Part shown: positions 24,685 through 32,000 of the stretch, piece after piece
How the letters are laid out: each line of letters opens with the position of its first letter
Position numbering within the stretch: position 1 is the first letter of the stretch
From: Halomicrobium mukohataei DSM 12286
GTDB lineage: Archaea > Halobacteriota > Halobacteria > Halobacteriales > Haloarculaceae
Direction of reading: 5' to 3'
Length of the DNA: 32,000 nucleotides
NCBI RefSeq assembly: GCF_000023965.1
Contig: NC_013202.1
Coordinates: 2,070,001-2,102,000 of the forward strand
The notes under the pieces: generated by a model
What the model saw: only the letters and a program-made list of their open reading frames with translations
What the model was told of the DNA's origin: nothing
The model's database searches: none
Program-made: the position numbers and the translations under genes

Positions 24685-25161
24685 ATGGCATCACTCGCAG
24701 CGCGAACGCGCGAGGCCGTCCGTGCGAGACCGTTCCTCTACGACGCGCTCCGGGCCGGCGTGGTCAACTACACCGCCGCCGCCCGCTGGCTCTCCGTTGA
24801 GGGCGACACCGAGGCCGTCGCGACCGCGCTCCGGCGCTACGCCGAGGAACTGGACGGCGACGCTGGCCCCGAATCCGACGCGCGCGTCGCGATGCGCAGC
24901 GGCCTCGGCCGGGCCGACGACGAGGACGCTCTGATCGCGGTTGCCGACGCCGCGTACGCTCCCGACAGTGGCTCACTGACCGGCATCGTCGTCGCCGGCC
25001 TCACCGGCGTCGACACGTTCGAGCGGGTGCTCGGCGCGCTCAGAGCAGCGGGGATCGGCGTCGACGCCGCGGGATTCGCCGCGGAGACGGCCCTGGTGGT
25101 GGTCGGTCGCCGTGACGGCCCGGACGCGGTGCGGGCCGTCGAGGCGGCGCTGGAGGCGTGA
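24685..25161 (+). CDS. Conserved-looking hypothetical protein (N-terminal helical/HTH-like region, C-terminal ACT-like fold)
   Basis: 158 aa from ATG 24685 (track ORF starts at 24565, inside the divergent promoter region). The C-terminus LTGIVVAG..ERVLGALRAAGIGVDAAGFAAETALVVVGRRDGPDAVRAVEAAL resembles an ACT-type beta-alpha-beta-beta-alpha-beta unit. Inference only. Confidence 0.55.
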   Translation: MASLAARTREAVRARPFLYDALRAGVVNYTAAARWLSVEGDTEAVATALRRYAEELDGDAGPESDARVAMRSGLGRADDEDALIAVADAAYAPDSGSLTGIVVAGLTGVDTFERVLGALRAAGIGVDAAGFAAETALVVVGRRDGPDAVRAVEAALEA

Positions 25162-25214
25162 GTGTGGCCGCACATCCGACGCTTTGAAATCGCCGCCTCG
25201 TCTGGTACTCGACG

Positions 25215-26699
25215 ATGACGCTTCGCGTGACCAACACGCTCACCGGCGAGCGAGAGGCGTTCGAGCCACGGGATCCCGACTCCGTCCTGCTCTACTACTG
25301 TGGCCTGACGACCTCCGATCCCGCTCATCTGGGGCACGCTCGCGGGTGGGTCCACGTCGACGTGATGCATCGCTGGCTGGCGCACCTGGGCTACGACGTG
25401 CGTCACGTCGAGAACTTCACCGACGTCAACGAGAAGATCGTCGCCCGCGTGGGCGAGAACGGCGAGAGCGAGGCCGACGTGGCCCGCCACTACGTCCAGT
25501 CGGTGATCGACGACATGCGCGCGCTCAACCTCCGGCGCGCGGAGGTGTACCCGCGCGTCTCCGAACACGTCCCCGAGATCGTCGCGATGGTCGAGACGCT
25601 GATCGAGAAGGGCTACGCCTACGAGGCCAACGGCTCCGTGTACTTCGACGTGACGACCTTCGAGGAGTACGGGAAGCTCTCGAACCAGCAACTCGACGAG
25701 ATCGAAGCCCAGGGCGACCCGGACGAGCAAAGCGAGAAGCGAAACCCCGCGGACTTCGCGCTGTGGAAGGCCGGCGGCGTCGATCCGGCGGCGATCGAAG
25801 ACCACCAGCACGAAGGCGCGTCGCCCCCCGAAGCGGCCTGTGAGACCGCCCAGACCTGGGACTCCCCGTGGAGCGAGGGCCGACCCGGCTGGCACATCGA
25901 GTGCTCGGCGATGAGTACGACCCACCTCGGAGAGACCATCGACATCCACGTCGGCGGTCAGGACCTCGTCTTCCCTCATCACGAAAACGAGATCGCACAG
26001 AGCGAGGCCGCGACCGGCCAGCAGTTCGCGCGCCACTGGCTCCACGTCCGCCTCTTGGAGACCAAAGGCGAGAAGATGTCCTCGTCGCTGGGCAACTTCT
26101 TCGCCGTCGAGGCGGCCGTCGACGAGTACGGGACGGACGTGGTGCGAACGTTCCTGCTGTCGACGGCCTACCACAACAGCGCCGTCTACAGCGAGGCGAC
26201 GATCGACGAGGCAATCGAGCGCTGGGAGACGCTCGAACGGGGCTACGAACGCGCCGTGCGGGCGTGTGACGACGTAGACGCGTACGCGACGGTCGAAGAC
26301 GACACGCTCCGGACGGCCGTCACCACCGCCCGCGAGCACTTCGAGACGGCGATGAACGACGACTTCAACACCCGCGAGGCGCTCGCTGCGCTGACGGAAC
26401 TTGTCGGTGCCGTCAACGTTCACGTCGACGAGCAGTCGTCGTTCGACTACCGGGCGCTTCGCGAGGCCGTCGAAACGATCGAGGAACTGGGCGGTGGCGT
26501 CCTCGGGCTCTCGTTTGGTGGCTCCGAGGGCGGCGACGTGTCGGTCGCCGAGGACCTCGTCGAACTGCTGCTGGACGTGCGCGAGGCCGAGCGAGCCGCC
26601 GGCAACTACGAGCGGGCGGACGAACTCCGAGACGAGGTCGAGTCTCTCGGCGTCGAAGTACAGGACACCGACGACGGCCCGACCTACCGGCTCGGATAG
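25215..26699 (+). CDS. cysS: Cysteine--tRNA ligase
   Basis: HIGH motif (PAHLGHARG), KMSKS motif (KMSSSLGN), GWHIECSAM zinc site and FPHHENEIAQSEA. Confidence 0.95.
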   Translation: MTLRVTNTLTGEREAFEPRDPDSVLLYYCGLTTSDPAHLGHARGWVHVDVMHRWLAHLGYDVRHVENFTDVNEKIVARVGENGESEADVARHYVQSVIDDMRALNLRRAEVYPRVSEHVPEIVAMVETLIEKGYAYEANGSVYFDVTTFEEYGKLSNQQLDEIEAQGDPDEQSEKRNPADFALWKAGGVDPAAIEDHQHEGASPPEAACETAQTWDSPWSEGRPGWHIECSAMSTTHLGETIDIHVGGQDLVFPHHENEIAQSEAATGQQFARHWLHVRLLETKGEKMSSSLGNFFAVEAAVDEYGTDVVRTFLLSTAYHNSAVYSEATIDEAIERWETLERGYERAVRACDDVDAYATVEDDTLRTAVTTAREHFETAMNDDFNTREALAALTELVGAVNVHVDEQSSFDYRALREAVETIEELGGGVLGLSFGGSEGGDVSVAEDLVELLLDVREAERAAGNYERADELRDEVESLGVEVQDTDDGPTYRLG

Positions 26700-26901
26700 C
26701 CGGCCTCGCCTGCGAGCGGTCCGTCCGCTCACCACCGCCAGCGGCTCGGTGACCAGCGAGAACGCTTTTGTCGATCCCCGGTGTGGACCGTCGTATGACA
26801 TCGTCAGCGAGGACCCGCTCGCGTGTCAGCTCCGCCCGGTCCGAGACGATCTCGGCCGGCGAGAGCCCTCGCTCGTCTGACTCTCGGGGAGGGTCCGCGC
26901 C

Positions 26902-27885
26902 GTGATCGACGCGTTCGTCTTCGGCGACGACGGGATCAGCCGCTACGACGAACTCTCGGCGGCACGCGACGCCGAGGGCACGACCTGGATCCACGCGCCC
27001 GAGGTGACCGACGCGGAACTGGACGCCATCGCCGAGACGTTCGCCATCCACCCGCTCACCGTCGAGGACCTCCGGAACGGCGTTCGCGCCAAGACCGAGA
27101 CGTTTCCGGAGTACACTTTCGTCTTGCTGAAGACGATCACGCTGGCCGGCGGTGAGACGACGTTCGCCGAAGAGCTCTCGACGACACCGATCGGACTGTT
27201 CGTCGGCCACGACTGGGTCGTCTCCGTCTCGCCGGGCGCTGGGTCGGCCGTCGACCGGGTCCGACACGCGGTCGAACGCGAGGACGAGCGACTGCTCCAG
27301 CACGGGGCCGACTTCACCGCCTACCGCGTCATCGAAGTCGTCGTCGACGACTACTTCGAGGTGCTGGACCGCGTCGAGGACCTCATCGAGGCGATCGAAG
27401 ACGAGGTGATCGACTCGCCGGATCGGGAGACGCTCGAACGGATCAACGCGGTTCGGCGCGACCTGCTCTCCTTCCGGAAACAGATCTGGCCGGCCCGAGA
27501 GGCCGTCGGCGTCCTCGCGCGGGGCGATCCCCCGCAGGTCCAGCCACAGACCGAGAAGTACTTTCGGGACGTGTACGACCACCTCGTCCAGCTGGCCGAC
27601 CTCACCGAGACGTATCGGGACCTCGTTTCGGGCGCGCGGGACATCTACCTCAACGCGCTCTCGCAGTCGACCAACGAGGTGATGAAGACGCTGACCGTCG
27701 TCGCGACGATCTTCATCCCGCTGACGTTCGTCGCTGGCGTCTACGGGATGAACTTCGATCCGGCCGCGAGCCCCTACAACATGCCCGAACTGGGATGGGC
27801 CTACGGTTACCCGGCGGTCCTCGTCGCGATGGCACTGATCGGCGTCGCGATGCTGGCGTACTTTCGCCGACAGGACTACTTATAG
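26902..27885 (+). CDS. corA: CorA family Mg2+/Co2+ transporter
   Basis: 327 aa, GTG start (in-frame TGA at 26878 excludes a longer form). YGMNF signature between two C-terminal TM helices. Confidence 0.9.
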   Translation: MIDAFVFGDDGISRYDELSAARDAEGTTWIHAPEVTDAELDAIAETFAIHPLTVEDLRNGVRAKTETFPEYTFVLLKTITLAGGETTFAEELSTTPIGLFVGHDWVVSVSPGAGSAVDRVRHAVEREDERLLQHGADFTAYRVIEVVVDDYFEVLDRVEDLIEAIEDEVIDSPDRETLERINAVRRDLLSFRKQIWPAREAVGVLARGDPPQVQPQTEKYFRDVYDHLVQLADLTETYRDLVSGARDIYLNALSQSTNEVMKTLTVVATIFIPLTFVAGVYGMNFDPAASPYNMPELGWAYGYPAVLVAMALIGVAMLAYFRRQDYL

Positions 27886-29109
27886 CGCCAGGGGGACGAG
27901 CAGGACGCCCATCAGATTCGCCCGCCGTGCGCCACAGCGGGCGGGGACGAGTCCGATCACGGTGCCGGCGGCCAGCGACGCCACGCCGACGGGGCCAGCG
28001 AACACCCACCCGAGGCCGACGAGCGAGGCCAACACCGCGACTGCGAGTCGCGTGGTGTCCAGCGTCCCCACGACGGCGAGGTAGCGATCGCCCACCAGCG
28101 GGACCAGCACGAACCCGGCGGTCGCGGCGACGGTCACGCTGACGAGCAGGAGGCCGACGGCCAGGGGCGCGTCGGTCTGCTCGAAGGCGACGAGCACGCC
28201 GGTCCGCGGCGTTTCGAGCGCGACGAGTGCGAACAGCGCGAAGACGGCCGTCGCCGTGTTGACGCCGCTGGTCGCGACCACGAACTCTCTGGGTCCCGAT
28301 CCCGACAGCGCGGCCAGGGCACCGGTCGCAGCGATCGCTGCCGTCACGCCGGGCACGTAGCCGACGATCGCTCCGGCGACGGTGCCGGTCAGGGCGACGA
28401 CGCCGATCGACCGCCGGGAGAGCGCGACGGTCGCGTCGTCCTGCGGGGGCACGCCGTCGCCGCCGATGCTCTCGATCAGCACCGGCGCACCGAACAGCCC
28501 CGCGAACAGCGGCATCAACATGCTCCCGACCGAGACCAGACCGTCCGGTTCGATCGGCAGCACGACGACGCCGAGGGCACCGCTGCCGACCAGCGCGACG
28601 CCGGCACCGATCCGCGACCGACGTCCGCGTTCGGTGAGCACCAGGGCCACCGCGACGAGGGCGAGCAGCGGGCCGAGATGTGTACGGACCGTCGGGTACA
28701 GGTACGTCATCGCCAGCGTGACCGGGACCGCCAGCGGGACGGCCAGTGCCACCGCGAGCCCGCTGCCCAGCGCCGACAGCCGGAGCGCTTCCCGTCCCCG
28801 GCCGGCGATCACGAGCCGGTGGCTCGGGAGCGCGCTGGCGGCCATCGCCGGATCGGGCACGCCCAGCGCCATCGCCGGCACCACGTCGAGGAATGTGTGG
28901 GTCGTCCCGGCGGCCAGCATCGCCGCGCCGACGAGCCGCGGCGGTCCCGGCACTGCCGGCGCGACGGTCGCCAGCCCCAGTGCGAACGTGTTGGCGTGGA
29001 TGCCCGGCACGAGCCCGCTGACCGTTCCCAGCGCGATCCCACCGGCAATCGCCACCAGCGCCGCCGCTGTCAGCTCCGGGTGGACGACGAACTGGACCGG
29101 TCCGGTCAC
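27880..29109 (-). CDS. TctA/DUF112-family membrane permease (tripartite tricarboxylate transporter large-subunit-like)
   Basis: 409 aa with about 10-12 TM. N-terminal GGIALGTVSGLVPGIHANTFA resembles the TctA G-x3-G-x3-G-x-(I/V)PG motif. GTG start, with GGTTTATCT ~30 nt upstream. Confidence 0.6.
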   Translation of the reverse strand: MTGPVQFVVHPELTAAALVAIAGGIALGTVSGLVPGIHANTFALGLATVAPAVPGPPRLVGAAMLAAGTTHTFLDVVPAMALGVPDPAMAASALPSHRLVIAGRGREALRLSALGSGLAVALAVPLAVPVTLAMTYLYPTVRTHLGPLLALVAVALVLTERGRRSRIGAGVALVGSGALGVVVLPIEPDGLVSVGSMLMPLFAGLFGAPVLIESIGGDGVPPQDDATVALSRRSIGVVALTGTVAGAIVGYVPGVTAAIAATGALAALSGSGPREFVVATSGVNTATAVFALFALVALETPRTGVLVAFEQTDAPLAVGLLLVSVTVAATAGFVLVPLVGDRYLAVVGTLDTTRLAVAVLASLVGLGWVFAGPVGVASLAAGTVIGLVPARCGARRANLMGVLLVPLAL

Positions 29110-29234
29110 TGCGACGGGCTGGCCCCGCCTTCGAAGATAAACCTGTGGCGTCGCTACCGGGGCGAATCACGGACTCGGCGCTGTCGCTCTCGGATCTGTG
29201 TCGAAAGAATCGAAGTGTTGGTGCTGTGGCCGAA

Positions 29235-29585
29235 TTAGCCGAACAGCTCGCCGAGGCCTTCGCCGCCGTCGCCCTCGTCCTCGTCGTCGTCGCCTGCTTC
29301 CTCTTCTTCTGCGGCCTCTTCTTCTGCGGCCTCTTCGTCGGCACCGGCGTCTTCCTCGGCACCGCCCTCGGCGGCCGGCGCGGCAGCGCCGCCGGCTGCG
29401 ACGGGTGCGGCGGCGGCCTCGTCGACGGCCTCGTCGATGTCGACGTCCTCGAGTGCGGCGACGAGCGCCTTCACGCGGGACTCTTCGACGTCGACGCCAG
29501 CGGCGTCGAGCACGTCAGTGAGGTTGTCTTCGTTGATCTCTGCGCCCGATTCGTTCAGGATGAGTGCAGCGTAAACGTATTCCAT
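29235..29585 (-). CDS. rpl12: Ribosomal stalk protein P1 (archaeal L12)
   Basis: [26 protein letters not shown]..., Ala-rich hinge, and acidic tail ending GLGELFG. Confidence 0.95.
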   Translation of the reverse strand: MEYVYAALILNESGAEINEDNLTDVLDAAGVDVEESRVKALVAALEDVDIDEAVDEAAAAPVAAGGAAAPAAEGGAEEDAGADEEAAEEEAAEEEEAGDDDEDEGDGGEGLGELFG

Positions 29586-29593
29586 TGTTGTAA

Positions 29594-30652
29594 TTAGAAC
29601 ATTGCTCCGAGTGCGTCACCAGCGTCCTCGTCGTCGTCATCGTCATCGTCGTCGTCGTCCTCGGCCGCTTCGGCCTCGGCGTCGTCGCTGGTGTCCTCGG
29701 TTTCAGCGTCGGTTTCGTCTTCGTCGGTCGATGCGTCCGTGGCTGCCGGCTGGGCGTCGACGCCCTGGAGCTCCTCCGGCAGCGCTTCTTCGTCGTCGAT
29801 CTGGGCAGCGATCGCACGGACCTGTGCGTCGGCCTTGCTGACCAGATCCGGCACGACCTCGGGGTCCTCGATAGACGCGAACACCGCGAGGCTCTTGGCG
29901 TCGCCGCGTGCGTTCTGCAGCAGCGTCGACGCGTTCTGCGTGGTCGGGTACTCGGCGTTGACCGAGAGGTTCCACCCGGCCGACGCGGCGGCCTTGATGT
30001 CTGCTTCGTACTCCTCGACGTCGAGTTCGAGCTCCTCGGGTTCGAACAGCACGCCGTCGGCGAAGACGCCGCGCAGGTCCAGCCCGACTTCCTTCGGCTC
30101 GATCCCGAGTTCGCCGAGGACGTTCTCGAGGTCCGTCGAGACCTCCCCGCCCGCTTCCAGCACGGTCGAGTCCTCGACGACCTTGATCGAACCGCCGTCG
30201 ATGCGCGCGTTGGCTCCGACGTTCTGGAGTTCGCCGACGAACGGCCCCGGATCCACGCCCGTGTCACCCTCGGGGATGACGATGTCGTTGGGAGCGATCT
30301 CGCCCGCGCTGATCGGTGCGGGCGTCTTCGAGGCTTCCAGTTCCTTGTACAGCCCGAAGGGGTTGTCGTTCGTCCCGATCAGACCGACCTGACCGGAGAC
30401 GTAGTCGCCCAGCTGTTCGAGGCCGGCGTCGACCTCGTCGAGTGCGCGCTCCAGCAGCGTGTTGCGCGAGACGCGCAGTTCCGCGGTCCCGTGCAGGCCA
30501 CGGCGCATGTCCTGGAGCTGGCGCGACGGGATGCCGGTGATCGCGACGACCCCGATGCTGTCGTAGGACTCGATCATCTCGACGATCGAGTCGACTTCCT
30601 CGCGCTTCCACTCGGGGATCGTCTCGGTCTTTCGTTCTGCTTCGGCGCTCAT
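29594..30652 (-). CDS. rplP0: Ribosomal protein uL10 (P0)
   Basis: [19 protein letters not shown]...[12 protein letters not shown], with a poly-Asp tail ending ALGAMF. 8 nt upstream of the P1 gene. Confidence 0.95.
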   Translation of the reverse strand: MSAEAERKTETIPEWKREEVDSIVEMIESYDSIGVVAITGIPSRQLQDMRRGLHGTAELRVSRNTLLERALDEVDAGLEQLGDYVSGQVGLIGTNDNPFGLYKELEASKTPAPISAGEIAPNDIVIPEGDTGVDPGPFVGELQNVGANARIDGGSIKVVEDSTVLEAGGEVSTDLENVLGELGIEPKEVGLDLRGVFADGVLFEPEELELDVEEYEADIKAAASAGWNLSVNAEYPTTQNASTLLQNARGDAKSLAVFASIEDPEVVPDLVSKADAQVRAIAAQIDDEEALPEELQGVDAQPAATDASTDEDETDAETEDTSDDAEAEAAEDDDDDDDDDDEDAGDALGAMF

Positions 30653-30653
30653 G

Positions 30654-31292
30654 TTAGGCCACCTCCACCGCGGGGCCCATCGTGGTCTTGACGTAGACCG
30701 AATCGATGTTCATCGGCCCCTTCTCTAGGTCGGCGTGCAGGCGGCGCAGGATGACGTCGATGTTGTCGCCGATCTCCTCGGCGGACATGTCCTCTGCACC
30801 CACGCGGGTGTGGAAGGTTCGGCGGTCACCGCTGCGGATCTGCACGGACTTGCGCATTCGGTCGACCATCTCGACGACGTCGTCGTCGGGACTGATCGGG
30901 TCCGGCATCTTCCCGCGTGGACCGAGGACGGTCCCGAGGTAGCGACCGATGTCTTGCATCAGCCCTTCCTCTGCGAGGAAGAAGTCGGTATCGTCGGCGA
31001 GATCTTTCGCTGCATCGTCGTCGTCGCCCAGCTCGGCCAGCTCGTCGCTGGACATGACCTGGTCGGCAACGTCTTCGGCTCGCAGAGCGGTCTCCCCCTC
31101 GGCGAACACGACGATGCTCGTCTCCTGACCGGTACCGGCAGGAAGGACGATGCTCTCGTCGATACGGTTCGACGGATCGTTCAAATCAAGGTCGCGCAGG
31201 TTGACGGCGAGGTCGACTGTCTCGGTAAAGTTCCGAGGATCGGCCTCGTCGAGTGCGCGAGAGACTGCGTTCTCTATATCCTGGTCTGCCAT
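30654..31292 (-). CDS. rpl1: Ribosomal protein uL1
   Basis: 212 aa. [32 protein letters not shown] and [17 protein letters not shown]. Its stop is 1 nt from the P0 start. Confidence 0.95.
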   Translation of the reverse strand: MADQDIENAVSRALDEADPRNFTETVDLAVNLRDLDLNDPSNRIDESIVLPAGTGQETSIVVFAEGETALRAEDVADQVMSSDELAELGDDDDAAKDLADDTDFFLAEEGLMQDIGRYLGTVLGPRGKMPDPISPDDDVVEMVDRMRKSVQIRSGDRRTFHTRVGAEDMSAEEIGDNIDVILRRLHADLEKGPMNIDSVYVKTTMGPAVEVA

Positions 31293-31378
31293 TGTTCACC
31301 TCCGTAGTACGCCCAACGGGCTTCTACGGGTCAGTGAAACAGGGCGTACTGTCGTAGACAGTACAGTCGCCTGTCTCA
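31293..31378 (-). promoter_or_regulatory. Structured 5' leader of the uL1-P0-P1 operon (candidate uL1 autoregulatory site; Shine-Dalgarno GGAGGTGA)
   Basis: On the minus strand: perfect hairpin GTACTGTC-TAC-GACAGTAC (31346-31364). Interrupted hairpin CCGTAG-AA-GCCC-GTT-GGGC-GTA-CTACGG (31302-31329), whose 3' arm overlaps the SD (31296-31303). An alternative 8-bp pairing is GTACGCCC/GGGCGTAC (31307-31314 / 31342-31349). Confidence 0.4.
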
Positions 31379-31402
31379 CCCGGTACGAAGCCGATGCGAC
31401 AC

Positions 31403-31408
31403 TTAAAG
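31403..31408 (-). promoter_or_regulatory. TATA box (minus strand CTTTAAGT) for the uL1 operon
   Basis: The only TTTAAG-type box in the 216-nt rpl11-rpl1 spacer. It predicts a leader of about 85 nt. Confidence 0.4.
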
Positions 31409-31474
31409 CCGTCGAACCACGGCAGCGACGGCACTGTCGTCGGTCCCGTGTCACCTACCTGTCGGTGAGGATCA

Positions 31475-31492
31475 GCAAAAACGCGGAAAACC
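31475..31492 (-). terminator. T-rich terminator after rpl11 (minus strand GGTTTTCCGCGTTTTTGC)
   Basis: Two oligo-T runs 17-34 nt downstream of the rpl11 stop. Archaeal terminators are typically oligo-T tracts. Confidence 0.45.
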
Positions 31493-31508
31493 GGCGTCGG
31501 TGGCCTCG

Positions 31509-31997
31509 CTACGCTTCGGCAGCGTCCAGCAGGATGTCGTCGTACTCGCCGGCATCGACCTTCTGCTTGAAGTCGCGGGGGTTCTCGCCCTCGATGGTGA
31601 CACCCAGCGTGACGCAGGTGCCGACGACTTCCTTCGCGGCGTTTTTCGTGTCGTACGCGAGCAGGTCGGTCTGCTTTTGCTCGGCGATCTGTTTGATCTG
31701 GTCGACCGAGAGATCGGCGACGAACTCCTCGTGGGGTTCGCCGGATCCGGTGTCGAAGCCAGCTTCGTCCTTGATGAGTTCGGCCGTCGGCGGGACGCCG
31801 ACCTCGATCTCGAAGGAGCCGTCGTCGTCGTAGTCGACGGTGACGGGCACTTCGGTGCCGTCGAAGGCCGCGGTCTGGTCGTTGATCTCCTGGACGACTG
31901 CCTGCACGTCGACGGGGGTCGGCCCCAACTCCGGACCGAGGGGCGGGCCAGGGTTGGCCTCGCCGCCCGGAACGAGCACTTCGATAGTTCCAGCCAT
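31509..31997 (-). CDS. rpl11: Ribosomal protein uL11
   Basis: MAGTIEVLVPGGEANPGPPLGPELGPTPVDVQAVVQEIN is the canonical uL11 N-terminal domain. 162 aa. Confidence 0.95.
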   Translation of the reverse strand: MAGTIEVLVPGGEANPGPPLGPELGPTPVDVQAVVQEINDQTAAFDGTEVPVTVDYDDDGSFEIEVGVPPTAELIKDEAGFDTGSGEPHEEFVADLSVDQIKQIAEQKQTDLLAYDTKNAAKEVVGTCVTLGVTIEGENPRDFKQKVDAGEYDDILLDAAEA

Positions 31998-32000
31998 GTT

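Noticed and set aside
24837-26801. 654-aa minus-strand ORF
   Set aside because: It is antisense to cysS (HIGH and KMSKS motifs present on the plus strand) and to the 158-aa gene. Arg/Ala/Gly-rich with no recognisable motif.
26795-26905. 36-codon upstream ORF ending in a GTGA overlap with the corA start
   Set aside because: The translation (MTSSARTRSRVSSARSETISAGESPRSSDSRGGSAP) is Ser/Arg-rich, like random GC-rich frames. There is no promoter box or SD. It is retained only as part of the corA-leader observation.
27713-29362. 549-aa minus-strand ORF (Arg/Gly/Pro/Ala-rich)
   Set aside because: It is an alternative frame of the TctA-like permease and overlaps the corA and rpl12 ends. Its extreme Arg content (RRRR runs) is typical of off-frame translation of GC-rich DNA.

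Overview
High-GC (about two-thirds G+C by eye) chromosomal segment of a haloarchaeon (class Halobacteria). Supporting signs: strongly acidic predicted proteins, an archaeal ribosomal stalk cluster (uL11, then uL1-uL10/P0-P1), a surface protein with a PGF-CTERM-like tail, and AT-rich TATA-like boxes about 26-31 nt upstream of most start codons (leaderless-type genes). I can support 29 protein-coding genes plus one tentative 30-codon micro-ORF. Nearly all are core functions: two-subunit 2-oxoacid:ferredoxin oxidoreductase, Lrp/AsnC regulator, TrkA-N/DHH phosphoesterase, CBS-ParB fusion protein, methylmalonyl-CoA mutase large subunit, acetyl-CoA synthetase, haem-copper oxidase subunit I with small membrane-protein genes, adenylosuccinate synthase, Trm112, DR2241-family protein plus CbiX chelatase, CysRS, CorA and a TctA/DUF112-type permease. 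I saw no rRNA, tRNA, CRISPR array, transposase/integrase, viral genes or recognisable defence genes. This therefore looks like an ordinary core region, not an accessory island, and I cannot honestly point to a multi-gene novel system. The signal least explained by the gene map is a family of three ~80-bp long-hairpin elements (16131-16213, 23530-23613, 23643-23727). Each is flanked by TCA on both sides. Their stems show compensatory base changes and strand-asymmetric G:U wobbles. Two sit in tandem between cbiX and its DR2241 partner gene, and one supplies the cbiX stop codon. They are candidate MITE/REP-like mobile elements or structured RNAs. Secondary items: an 848-aa highly acidic modular protein of unknown function, a TrkA-N/DHH phosphoesterase next to a CBS-ParB fusion (speculative nucleotide-signalling pair), a structured leader of the uL1 operon, and a hydrophobic micro-ORF missed by the ORF track. 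Many long ORFs in the track are off-frame or antisense artefacts of high GC. All product calls come from motif recognition by eye; no searches were run.
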